A stretch of 64,000 nucleotides of DNA from Macrostomum lignano (Eukaryota), in assembly GCA_002269645.1 (NCBI GenBank), contig NIVC01002872.1, forward strand, positions 68,840 to 132,839, given 5' to 3'. The position numbers and the translations under genes are program-made. Below the pieces are notes generated by a model. The model did not search any database, had not been told where the DNA came from, and saw nothing but the letters and a program-made list of their open reading frames with translations. Positions 1 through 11,610 of this stretch are shown here, piece by piece (position 1 is the first letter of the stretch; each line of letters begins with the position of its first letter).

Positions 1-131
1 GTGAATCATGCGGTCTCTGATGTTCGAGTTAGCCTATCATCAGCGCTACGAGAGGCTGGTCGGCGCTTTGAAGGCCAAAAGTACAATTTCTCGTATTTAG
101 CAGTGTAATAGTACATGTAACAACGCTATAG

Positions 132-262
132 TCTCGCCACTGCAAGAATCCCCTGCACAAGTCCCCTCTGTACCTGCATGGCCAATGCGATCGAGTCCCA
201 GCAGTGTCCCTTAACATCGGCTATGACTTCGAGATTGACTGCAAAAAGAAACTAGTTGGCAG
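132..262 (+). CDS. Putative internal exon of an unidentified gene, probably entering from upstream of the window
   Basis: Flanked by TAG (129-131) and GTAAGT (263-268). Only one frame is open throughout (SRHCKNPLHKSPLYLHGQCDRVPAVSLNIGYDFEIDCKKKLVG), with moderately GC-rich third positions. Product not recognised and partner exons not resolved. Confidence 0.35.
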
Positions 263-2443
263 GTAAGTGCTAAGCCCCTTCAGTTGGAAGCCCGATTTCG
301 AAAGTCCCGGTTTGGTGAGCCAGGACGCACGGGCTGCTGGTGGCAGCGGGTTAGTTAATCTGTGGATTAGCTGATCTCTACCTTCAAAATTCTCCCTGCT
401 TGTCTCTCGCTGTCCCTCTCTTAGCTATAGGACCTAGACTGCTCGCCACACGATCAAGCTACCATGGGGCTGACCATCTGACAGGAGTGGGGGCCAGGAC
501 TCTAATTGATTTATTTCTGAGACCTGAGGCCCGAAGGCTTCCACAAAGGAGCCGAAAAGGTCGAAACCCATCAATAATTTTATTCTTTTTTCGTTAAGTT
601 GACTTCACTTTAAAAAAGCTATACATAAAAAAATTATACTATTAAAATTCGAACCCAGGTCCGCTGCATTAGTATGTTCACATCCAAGGTTAGCTCCCAT
701 CGAATCGATGACATGAATTGTAGTAGCACTTACATGTATAATTCAATGCTCACATCAAGTCGGTAAAAGTGAAAGTCCCAGGAAGCAAGCAGTTATGACG
801 TAAACGATTTGTCAGTCAGTATTAGTCGCAAATAATCAAGTCTAAGTTGCGATGCAGTCATGCAGTCTGTGCTTCCCTAACTGTGTTTTCCACACTGTGA
901 CGTAATTCAGATCGGAGTCAGCCGTAAATTGAGGATAAATAGAGCTGAGCCAGCTGCGATGCAATCAAGCTTTATCTGAATCAGAATTAAGTCAGTCAAG
1001 TTTTTTCTTCGCATTCATATTCGAAAAAATCTGCTTGGCATTTGAAAGCATTTTTCAAATATTCAACAGTAAGGACTACTACATAGAAATTCCCCTGAAT
1101 TTTTTGCTGCACTGGAACAAACCAACGCTGAGACACGAAATTCAAGAACGCATACAAACTTTTTATTGCGCACCTTCTCAAAGAAGAACCAAGTCGCCAG
1201 CTCTCCGGACCGTCGAGATATTCAACAATTCTGCCAGAAGATCGGATTTTTCCCATAAGCGCTAGTGCGCCAATCAGCACTGCGCCTCAGTGCAGTCTTG
1301 CCAAGCCTCTAAATTTCATCAGCACAGCGACCTCTTGTGTCTCCATCGGACTTCGTTGGTTACTAGGCTTCCCCGAGGTGAAGCTTCTGAACCTTCAATA
1401 GCTGTGGCACCATGTGACCATGAACATCCTGTCGCGAATTTCTCTAGTTTCTCGATCTGATCAAGCCTCGAAAGTGCATGGCAAACCTCAACTGCTGGAC
1501 ATCCTCAGCTGTGGTCTCTCCTGCATTCCGTCATCACCCACCACTCCGTCGGCCATGTACGCGACCTTTACCAAATCCAATTCACGCCGCGTCATATCCC
1601 AGGTTCAAATGGGGGAGCTGCTACTGTCGATTCCAAAGTCGGCATACGTCTTTAGGACCAGCCGGCATCGTGACCGGGCCGCGGCTCTGCAGCGAGCCAT
1701 CCGAGCACCAGTTGGACTATAAAATGCATTCGCAACTTCGGAGTGCCTGCATCGCCAAAATGAGTGCCGCTGGCGTCAAAATTAGTGTCTGCTGCAACAA
1801 AATGAGTGTCTGCGGCGCTAAATTCAGTGCATGCTTCGCCAAAATGAGTACTAACAACGCTGATTTCAAAATAATGTATGAATTTAGTCATGTAAAATTC
1901 TCGGCTTTGTCCCCCACCATAAAATCCTTGGCGACGTCCCTTAGAGCTTGTCTCGTCTGTCAGGATTTCTTAAATCTCGGTTGCTTTTTGAAACTATCTT
2001 GCATATTATACATGTATGTATTATGAATAGGTGATTTTGTATTAGTTGTGTTAATAAAATACTCATAGAAGCTAATCGGAATTTTTTTACTGATTTTTAT
2101 TGTTAGATTTTTACTTTAAATGTTTTAATGCTTTCATTTCTTACTTGTCACACGGTTTTTTAATTAAAAAGATTCAGCCTCACAATTTTTCCTACAATTT
2201 TTTCAAGTTCAAACCAGTTTTGAAAACGGTCTGTCAAGCTAGATTGTTAAATTGACGTATTTCCTTTGTGACATTTTACTACATTCTCTGTCTCATTAGT
2301 AAATCTACTAAATTTCATCATTTAGTTCTAATATTCCCACATAGGCCTGGTTGCCAGGTTTGCTACTGCTAATTCCTGGTCTATTTTAAATAAATACTAT
2401 AAATATATATTTCAGCTATCTTATATAAAATACTCTAATAGTA

Positions 2444-5400
2444 ATGGAGTCTGATGTATTGACAACACTTAAAATATTAATAATTGGTGAAAGTGGAGTT
2501 GGAAAGTCAAGGTAAGAATAAGATTAAGGAAGGTCATTATGATAATAATGTCATGACAATGCCAATGCCATGTTATTGTAGTTATCTGAAGAGTCAAATA
2601 TATGGCCTATAGGCTTATAAATAAAATTAGTAAGGCCTAGTAACTGTAGTGTAGGATAGGATCCAAACCATAATTCTAAAATCCTAGGCTAAGGTCTAAG
2701 GATCTTAATTTATTGTGCTTATCTATTCTTTTTGCTTAGGCCCTATATAACTGAATTATTTACTCTACATAAATTGTCCTATGGCCAATGATGAATGAAT
2801 TATTTTTTTACTATTTTTGTAGAAATTAGTTTGATTTTTTATATATTTTTATGTACATTTGCTTTTGTTCTAGTGCATTTAAATTTGAATTTGAATTAAA
2901 AATATTGTAAAAGTTTATATGTTTTTTGTAAGTTCTGGCATACCAGCACATTGGCATATATAGAAGGGTCCCTAGATATTTTGGTGACAAGACATTTTGG
3001 TAACAGCCTTTTTGGTAAAAATTTTTGGACGTTTCAGTGACAAATTCAGACAAATTGGTGACACATTTAAAAAAATGAAAGTTAATTTTGATTGTAAAAT
3101 AATATACTCATGAACAAGGGATAATACTCAGAGATTCAAAATTCAAATAAAGAAAAAAACCATCTATAGTAAACTAGGACAGGTGAGTGGTAGCAAGGGA
3201 TCTAGATCTATCTATGTAAGTGGTAAGCTTTGCATTGAATAATTAATGCAAGACACACTTTCAAATAAAAATGAAAAAAAATACTTAAACAAAATACTAT
3301 AGTTTATATTTATTATATACTGTTTTATAATGCCTGAAAATTGTATTGTATCACACAAAAATTGTTTTCCTTATTGCAGATACACAAAAAGATCTCTCAT
3401 TATACACATTGTGTTATTATCGTGAGACATTCAATTTAAAATAAAAAACTTATTACCAAAAATGCGAAGTGAATAAAATATTTGCGCGGTGCACGCCAAA
3501 ATAATTTCTGCCTCTTGGCTGCATGCTGTGCATGCTGCACATGGCTGCCTAGGACCTTGTTGCACGCGAGAATTTTCCCAACAAAACAGCATCTTTGGGA
3601 GTAAGGGGTCTAGGGCCTTATTGATTGATTATAATTGCAAAGTCAAGGAAATTTATATAAAAAAGAATAATATTTTTATGAATATATTTTAATAGTTATT
3701 GTTAGTTAATTATTAGCTCATATAGCTATAGCTAGTATATACATTGGTTGGTTAATTGTTACATTAAAATCAAACATTCGTAAATGCATATACATTTATT
3801 TTAAGTTTAAAGAAGAAGATAGCATGATTTATTTACTATTTAGAGCATTTATAACTATTGCAACTCAATTTCCAAAATACCAAATATTTAAATGTGAAAA
3901 TATACATGGCATAGCAATTTAAGATTATTGTGGATTTAAATGGGTTTTACAACAGAAAAAAAAGCCAATTATAGTCTTCAAAAATTAATTGCAGAAATTT
4001 GAAAGTATAGAAGTTGCCAATTGGCAATAAATTATAGTAATAGCAGGAGAAGAATCCTATTCAAAGTGATTAATACATGTAAATATTATGAATTAAAGAG
4101 TGTTATAGTAAATAACTTTTCAATTGTTTGCTAACAGATAGATAGCTATTAGCATACATGCGCAACTTTGGGATTCACTCGGCCGTTTCTATTGGCAACA
4201 CACGCATGTAAGTCGCTATTGGACAGAACAGTAGTCACGTGACTGCTCTCAGCCAATAGCAACTTACATGCGTGTGTTGCCAATAGAAACGGCCGGTGAA
4301 TCCCAAGGTTGCGCCCAAGCATGGCTATTAGCATAGCATGCTACATGTTGCTCTAGATACAGGTATATCCATGTAGAATATGTTGCATAATGATACAGTG
4401 TGTAAAATAAGTGGCTTGCCATGTTGCCTTGGCTGATTGACCTTTTATTGAATAGGTGCACATGACCCAATTATGTGTATAGATAAAACAAAGTCAGTAT
4501 GTCAGTGACGAAATCAACATAAACAATAAAATTGACAAGTTTTAAGTATTAACTCTTGTTCATGAGTATATTGTCTTATAGACAAAATTAACTTTCACTT
4601 AAAATATGTCACCAAATTGTCTAAATTTGTCACCCAAACATCCAAAATTGTCACCAAAAAGGCTGTCACCAAAATGTCTAGGGACCTATAGAAGTGGTAC
4701 TTTATTTCTTAGAAATATTAGCTTTAAGACTTATGCAAAAACATTAATATTTGTTTTACTACATAAAATATTTTAAATATTCTATTTTTGTTTTAACTAT
4801 ATCCAAAATTTTACTATACATGGAGCCAAGTTAGGGGAGAAAAAGCAACCTATTTATACATAAAGCTTAAGCTTAAATATTGAACTTGTTCAATTAAATT
4901 CATTCCTAGATTCTAGGAATGAATAGGAATGAATAGGAATTGATAAGAGATCCTAAGAAGTGTTTTGAAAAACTCACTAAGGGAATTGGGAATACATACA
5001 AAGTGAGTGCTAAGAGCAAACATTATGAAATTGGGTAGGGTTGCTCACTTAACAACAATTAAGTAGATGAGTCAAACATGATGAGTAAGTAGATGAGTGT
5101 TTGACTCTTAATGTTTGAAGAGTCAAACATTATGACTCTAATCTCAGTAATGCTTAGACTAAAATATAGTTTATATACCAATAAGACTGCTTAGGCCAAA
5201 AGTACATAGATGCTACTAGACTTATACAGAGACACTGCTAGACTTATGCTGAAGACACTACTAAAAGTATATTAAGAGCACTACCAGAATCATACTAAGA
5301 TCAATAGAAAGTAGGAAGAAACCCCTGATACAACTTGGTGGCTCAGTGGTAAGATTAAAGTCAACCCTGTTACAACTTGGTGGCAGTGGTGGGATTGAAG

Positions 5401-7643
5401 TCAACCCTGTTACAACTTGGTGGCAGTGGTGGGATTGAAGTCAACCCTGTTACAACTTGGTGGCTCAGTGGTGGGATTGAAGTCAACCCTGTTACAACTT
5501 AGTGGCAGTGGTGGGATTGAAGTCAACCCTGTTACAACTTGGTGGCAGTGGTGGGATTGAAGTCAACCCTGTTACAACTTGGTGGCAGTGGTGGGATTGA
5601 AGTCAACTCTGTTACAACTTGGTGGCAGTGGTGGGATTGAAGTCAACCCTGTTACAACTTGGTGGCAGTGGTGGGATTAAAGTCAACCCTGTTACAACTT
5701 GGTGGCAGTGGTGGGATTGAAGTCAACCCTGTTACAACTTGGTGGCTCAGTGGTGGGATTGAAGTCAACCCTGTTACAACTTGGTGGCAGTGGTGGGATT
5801 GAAGTCAACCCTGTTACAACTTGGTGGCAGTGGTGGGATTGAAGTCAACCCTGTTACAACTTAGTGGCAGTGGTGGGATTGAAGTCAACCCTGTTACAAC
5901 TTGGTGGCAGTGGTGGGATTGAAGTCAACCCTGTTACAACTTAGTGGCAGTGGTGGGATTGAAGTCAACCCTGTTACAACTTGGTGGCAGTGGTGGGATT
6001 GAAGTCAACCCTGTTACAACTTGGTGGCAGTGGTGGGATTGAAGTCAACCCTGTTACAACTTGGTGGCAGTGGTGGGATTGAAGTCAACCCTGTTACAAC
6101 TTGGTGGCAGTGGTGGGATTGAAGTCAACCCTGTTACAACTTGGTGGCAGTGGTGGGATTGAAGTCAACCCTGTTACAACTTGGTGGCAGTGGTGGGATT
6201 GAAGTCAACCCTGTTACATATGCATTCATAATTGTTCAATTTTTAGACATGTACCCAACATGATCTAGACTATGGTATATAGTACAAGCATAAAGTACAT
6301 GAAACTTTGACTAGTTATCTAGTCATAAGCCCACAAGCCACACAGTAGATCTATCTAATATGCAGAGTTGAAGATGGAGATTTAGACATTAATTTTTTGC
6401 ATAAAGTTGAAACAGAAAACAGATTTAGATACCATAGATTGTTTTGACATCCATGGGTTTAGGCCATGTATACCATGCATATAAAATATTCATGTCTTAT
6501 TCATGTACAAATCATGTTTAAATTTTTAGCCTGCTCCTAAGATTTGTGGACAATACATTTGACAATGATCAGCCTGCCACTATTGGTAAGTGTTAAATAT
6601 TAACATAGCTATCGATTATACATTATATTGTATACTCCTAAATGTACAATCTAACATCAAATTTCAGGTGTTGACTTCAAAGTGAAGACTATCACTGTTG
6701 ATGGGAACAAGGCAAAATTAGCCATCTGGGTGAGGTTTTCACGTTTTTACACTTTGTAAAAATTATTTTTTGGTTTATTTCCATTGTTATTGAATGTTGA
6801 CACCATATTTTTTCTACCACAGGACACGGCAGGTCAGGAGCGATTTCGCACTTTAACTCCCAGCTATTATCGCAATGCTCAGGGCGTCATTCTGGTGTAC
6901 GATGTGGCCAAAAAGGACACATTTATGCGATTGGAGAACTGGCTCAATGAGTTAGCCACTTTTGCCAATAGAAATAATCTTGTCAAGATGCTGGTTGGCA
7001 ATAAGATTGACTGCGTAAGCACTTCAATTTTATAGCAAACTATTTGTCACTAAAATCACTTTAACAAGAAGACTGGTATAACATGATCCCCAGCTAGACA
7101 TGACACTGGGATGACATGATCCCCAGCTAGACATGACACTGGGATGACATGATCCCCAGCTAGACATGACAGTAGGATGACATGATCTTCAACTAGACAT
7201 GACACTGAGAGGACATGATCCCCAGCTAGACATGACACTGGGATGACATGATCCCCAGCTAGACATGACACTGGGATGACATGATCCCCAGCTAGACATG
7301 ACACTGGGATGACACGATTCCCAGCTAGACATGACACTGGGATGGCGTGATCTTCAACTAGTGTTAAATGTCGAGTTTATGTCAGCACATAACTCACCTG
7401 TACACCTCTCAGACCGATCGCGAGGTGACCCGAGACGAGGGCCTTCGGTTTGCACGCAGGCATCACATGCTGTTCATCGAGGCCAGCGCCAAGACCAACG
7501 AGGGCGTTAAGACCGCCTTCGAGGAGCTGGTGGAGAAGATCATCCAGACGCCTGGGCTCTGGGAGGCTGCCGGACCGGACGGCATCGCCCTCAGCAGCGG
7601 AGGCCAACAGCAGCCACAGGCCTCCGGCGGCTGTTCCTGTTGA
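2444..7643 (+). CDS. Rab18: Rab18 small GTPase, 202 aa, 5 coding exons
   Basis: Exons 2444-2511, 6530-6585, 6668-6729, 6823-7014 and 7413-7643 (609 nt, all GT-AG). Translation [28 protein letters not shown]...[22 protein letters not shown]...NKID...FIEASAK...GGCSC matches Rab18 and ends in a CXC prenylation motif. Confidence 0.96.
2967..4686. mobile_element. Non-autonomous TIR DNA transposon (Merlin-like), about 1.7 kb, in Rab18 intron 1
   Basis: Imperfect TIRs of about 150 bp begin GGTCCCTAGA and end TCTAGGGACC, with internal GTCACCAAAA-type subrepeats. Perfect 8-bp TSD TATAGAAG at 2959-2966 and 4687-4694. No transposase ORF. Confidence 0.8.
4155..4324. mobile_element. Palindromic MITE-like element, copy 1, nested in the 2967-4686 element
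   Basis: Near-perfect inverted repeat of about 155 bp (4160-4314) centred on GTCACGTGAC (4234-4243). A second copy lies at about 44477-44648. Confidence 0.75.
5322..6217. repeat. 40-bp minisatellite in Rab18 intron 1
   Basis: About 22 tandem units of GTCAACCCTGTTACAACTTGGTGGCAGTGGTGGGATTGAA, with occasional 42-bp variants. Confidence 0.95.
7078..7350. repeat. 33-bp minisatellite in Rab18 intron 4
   Basis: Tandem ACATGATCCCCAGCTAGACATGACACTGGGATG. Confidence 0.93.
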
Positions 7644-8349
7644 CCCAAATCAGTGTTTTTTGTAAACATGATGCTTTCTATATAAATTATTTTTAGCTTG
7701 CACCTATCTAGAGGATAAACTGCCTGTAAGCCAGATAAAAGTACACTTTTATTTATACCTCTCTCAATATATAATTTTTGACAAATTATTTCTTTGGCAA
7801 AAATAGCAACTCCTAGCGAGAAACAGACTTCTATAGTAAAGATTCTACATTGGTAAAGTTCTAAAACATTTCTTGGCCACAGATCAATATTCATTGATTT
7901 TGAGCCAAAGAAAGTGACGTCTTAGTGTGTCATTGAGTTCGTATTCTGTTTAGGGACCAAAGTAAGGGAAGGTTTTACGCCATCATTATCACGAGTGTAC
8001 AGTTTGAACTATTTTTAAGAATGTACATCTCATCTCAATTTAATACTTGCATGCACTGACTGTTGAAGCTTTGGTTTGGAGCCTTTGCACGTCTCACCAT
8101 TTTTCTTCTTCTGTATATGACAGTACACTGCGAATTTTATGTTACTACTAAAGTGAAAAAGCACTGAAGGATGAGAACCTGCTTAGTGTTGAGTACGATT
8201 TCTGGTCTTTCTACAGTAACGTCCTGCTATTGCCTATTTTTCCCGTACTGATGATAGCTCTGCCGATTTACATGTGCGTAAATTGTGTCATTTAAAAATT
8301 GGAGAAAAATTTAATCAGCATGTATTTTTCCTGCTAATTGTATAATTTA

Positions 8350-8810
8350 GTACACCACAGATACTAGAATAACTACATGGGCCACTCAGCACATTTGCGT
8401 GTATGCTACTTTCAGTTCAGTAGTAAGTTAAACCAGAAGCATTTTAATGTATTTTTAAAGCCAAGGCTTATTTATTGGCCCTGACCCCCCAGCTAAACCC
8501 TCCAACCGCGCCTTTCTACTTTACCCTCCGCCCCGCCCCAATTTTATTGCCTTTCTCGGAATTGCAGCCTAAAGCTGCCATGTACATTTCGGTGGACTGG
8601 CCAATGTACATTATTGCTGAACCAATTAGCAAGTTGTTTACGCCTGCAAGCTTTGGGCTTCTAAACTTATCAAAGTCATTTCAGCTGCCTTTATTTTTAT
8701 AAAATAGCTTATGTATTCTTCTTTGCTACTGAACTGAAAGTAGAAAACTGTTTTACTAAGTATGTGCCTGAGTGGCCCATCCAGTTATTTTTGTATCTGT
8801 GATTAGTACT
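8350..8810. mobile_element. MITE-like element with imperfect terminal inverted repeats of about 80 bp
   Basis: The left segment CACAGATAC...ATGGGCCACTCAG...CTACTTTCAGTTCAGTAG is mirrored at about 8720-8810. TSD not resolved. Confidence 0.6.
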
Positions 8811-9229
8811 TTGGTTAACTATTCTTGCTATAAAGAATTTAAACCATTATTTTTTATTTTGTGTAAATACATGTAAGTGCATAAATTTTTGTTTCACATA
8901 TTAATCTTATTTACTGCTGTTTTATTCAGTTCTATAGTGATTTGGTGTCTATAACGATACTACTTAGTTACAGATAACTATGAGTAGTATTTCGATTCGA
9001 TTCAAATTCAAGTCTTGCATGGTTGATTTGCGATTTTTCCTCCTATATCTGTATGCAGACGCCTAATATTTAATTTATAAGCAAGTTCCTACCGCTTACT
9101 TGCCGTGGTAATGGCTATATAAACGTGCATATACAGTTTGTTCACTTATCAGAGTGGACACATTTTGTTGATATCCTATATCAAATGCATAATCGGATAC
9201 TTCATTTGTTTTAATTTTTATTACACCTG

Positions 9230-9460
9230 CTCTAATAGGCAGATGTGCAACCGACAGCATCTGAAGGCTGCGTACGGCTGTTCAGTCCAAGGACTGGGGG
9301 GTCGCCACACAGCCTCAATTACCCCAGCTAATGCTGGCACCCATTTTACAGCCGGGTGAACTGCAGCAATGCAGAGTTAAGTGTCTTGCTCAAGGACACA
9401 AATTGTGTCGAGTGGGTCGAGATTCGAATCCCGGAACTTTCAACCACTATGCTACAGCGC
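9230..9460 (-). mobile_element. CORE-type tRNA-derived SINE (degenerate copy)
   Basis: Reverse complement of the 39787-40090 element, including CCTTGAGCAAGACACTTAAC...CTGTAAAATGGGTGCC. Confidence 0.75.
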
Positions 9461-10585
9461 CTTTTGTTGCATTTTATTATTTTTCTATTAAAAACTTAAC
9501 TACTGCCAATAGCAGCCGCTGATGCTTGCAACTGCATATCTAAGAGCGCAGAGACCATGAGTTATTTCATTCAAAGCCGCTTTAGTTCCAGGTCACTTTA
9601 ATCCAATTTTCTCCGAATGCAAATCTCCGAAGTTTGATACCAGAAAATTCATTTCTCCGAAAAGCAATTTCTTTTATAACTCCGACACATCATACCTTCG
9701 AAAAATAAGCAATGGACCATATCTCTGAAATTAAACTTCATATCCACGTATCTCCGCTAGGGTTAGGGCCTGCGCTCCACTTCCTGTGTTTTTTTTCAAA
9801 TCCAATTTGTTTTAATAAAAAATACTGGAGTCAATTTAGTATCTTATTTTATTCTACAATTTACTAAAGACACTTGGCTATATACGCTCGTATGCTCATT
9901 GCTATTTATAAGGCACAGTTTAACGCAAACAATAACGTCTAATGAAGCATGAGTAAATGGTGAGTCGCACTGCTTTTTCTATTAAGGTTTTATTATAAAA
10001 GCTACAACCTTGTTTTATAATAACCCAAAACCAAGAATGTTATTGTATAAACACCAACCATATTCCACACAAAGCAGATTTTAAGATCTTTCGCATCGAG
10101 GCTTAACACAAAAAATCACTTTATTTGCATATGATTTTGTTTATAATGCCCTTGGTACTGCAAGACTATTCCTATGCACCCATTGGACCCCTATACTTGT
10201 TACTAATTAAGTTAACTAATTAGTCATTCCAAGACTTCCTCCACTCATGAAAATAACTAAGTAGTCGAGAGCCACAACAAAAAGTGCAAGTAAAGGTAAC
10301 TTAGTGAGTCCTTTGGCATCAAGCTGAATATATGTACATTTTTATTATTGTCTTTTCAACAAAAACGCTTTTGATTTAATGTAGATTAGCTTGATTGGAA
10401 GGATTTGGATTAAGCTATGCTAATTCTGTGTGTGATACCGGGAATAGATATGTTCACTACTAATTTGGTTCATTGTATGCTGAACGCCAGAAAGGAAGAT
10501 TGCTTGAATAAGCTGTATGGGTAGCTTTATTTTATCAATGGGTTCGAGATTAAGTCCAACGTCAACTCAGGCCCTTTTCAGCGCC

Positions 10586-11504
10586 TCAGCACGCCTTTTC
10601 GGCCGCGATCGTCTCAGCGTCGGGCAGACTGTCGCGGACTTTCGTTTCAACGCGGCGCAGCGGCGCGCCCTTCGTAATTTCCTCGCGCAGTTGCTGCTCT
10701 CGACGCTCCTGGAGGATGTCTCCAGCGTCTGGCATGCTGATGCGCACCTTCGTGTCTACAGGGTTCAGCTTGTGTACTTTCTCAATTTCGCTTCGCAGCT
10801 GCAACTCCTGCGTGCGGTGCGGAGATGATGGATTAGATTTAGGCTTTACATGCATGTACCTAAGGATGGGGATCTTATATTGCCAACCAAAACATCTACC
10901 AAGCTACTCTAACAGACGACTAGGAGTGATACGCGGTCCAATTGTGCGATTCGACAGAGAATAAGCTGCTTCTTTTTCGGTTGCTTTTTATTTGCATCAG
11001 CCGCGTGATGACTCAATTTAGACCAACTGGCACGAACTCTAAGCGGTTGCTCACCTGCTTCTCCTGGGCGATCGCCTCCGCACCCGGCAGGCTGTTCCGC
11101 ACCTCTACGTCGACGTGATTTAATTTCGGCCTTCCCTTGATGCCCTCGTGCAGCTCGTGCTCCTGCTTCTCCTGGGCGATCGCCTCCGCACCTGGCAGGC
11201 TGTTCCGCACCTCTACGTCGACGTGATTTAATTTCGGCCTTCTCTTGATGCCCTCGTGCAGCTCGTGCTCCTGCTTCTCCTGGGCGATGACGCTGGCATC
11301 TGGCAGGACGACTTTCTCCTCCACCTTGGCGACATGATTCAGCTGGAGGCCCTGCTCAATTTCGGAGCGTAGTTGAGTCTCTTTTCGTTCAGACTTGAGC
11401 TGCTCACTGTTGGGTAGAACCAATTTCTCCGTGACTTTGACGTGGTTCATCTTGTCTCTGTCGAAGTCGCTGATGTCAGCGAGAACCGCGCTAGGGTTGG
11501 CCAT
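10586..11504 (-). CDS. Multi-repeat beta-thymosin/WH2 actin-binding protein (six repeats, 223 aa)
   Basis: Exons 11504-11055 and 10807-10586, with a phase-0 GT-AG intron. Six LxHV/LRRV...(E/V)(K/R)xxLP...I(A)xEK repeats of the ciboulot/tetrathymosin type. Confidence 0.9.
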
Positions 11505-11597
11505 GGCTTTGAGACGGCAGGGAATTGGAGCTTTTTATTATTGTTGTTGTTGTGGATTAGGCTCGCTTGGGTCCTTGCTCCAGGCCTGTTGTATAAT

Positions 11598-11610
11598 GTA
11601 TATATATAGC
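11598..11610 (-). promoter_or_regulatory. Candidate TATA box of the thymosin-repeat gene
   Basis: CTATATATATACA on the minus strand about 100 nt upstream of the ATG, with no splice acceptor in between. Confidence 0.4.

Noticed and set aside
190-245. Resemblance of PAVSLNI...FEID to the cGAS/Mab21 PAVTL...VD strand
   Set aside because: Too short, and the residues after the Asp (CKKKL) do not fit the family pattern. It needs an HMM search before any claim.
1414-2026. ORFs 1414-1722 and 1478-2026 as genes
   Set aside because: No recognisable domain and no resolvable splice path. They may be UTR, promoter or part of the unresolved upstream gene.
4215-4262. ER-stress elements (ERSE) in the palindromic MITE
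   Set aside because: Orientation and spacing (ATTGG-N13-CACG; CACGTG-N11-CCAAT) do not match CCAAT-N9-CCACG or ATTGG-N-CCACG.
10562-10588. Stop-codon read-through of the thymosin gene (AEKAC*GAEKGLS*)
   Set aside because: Better explained as a short local duplication of the terminal codons. The stop context (TGA G) is not a known leaky context.
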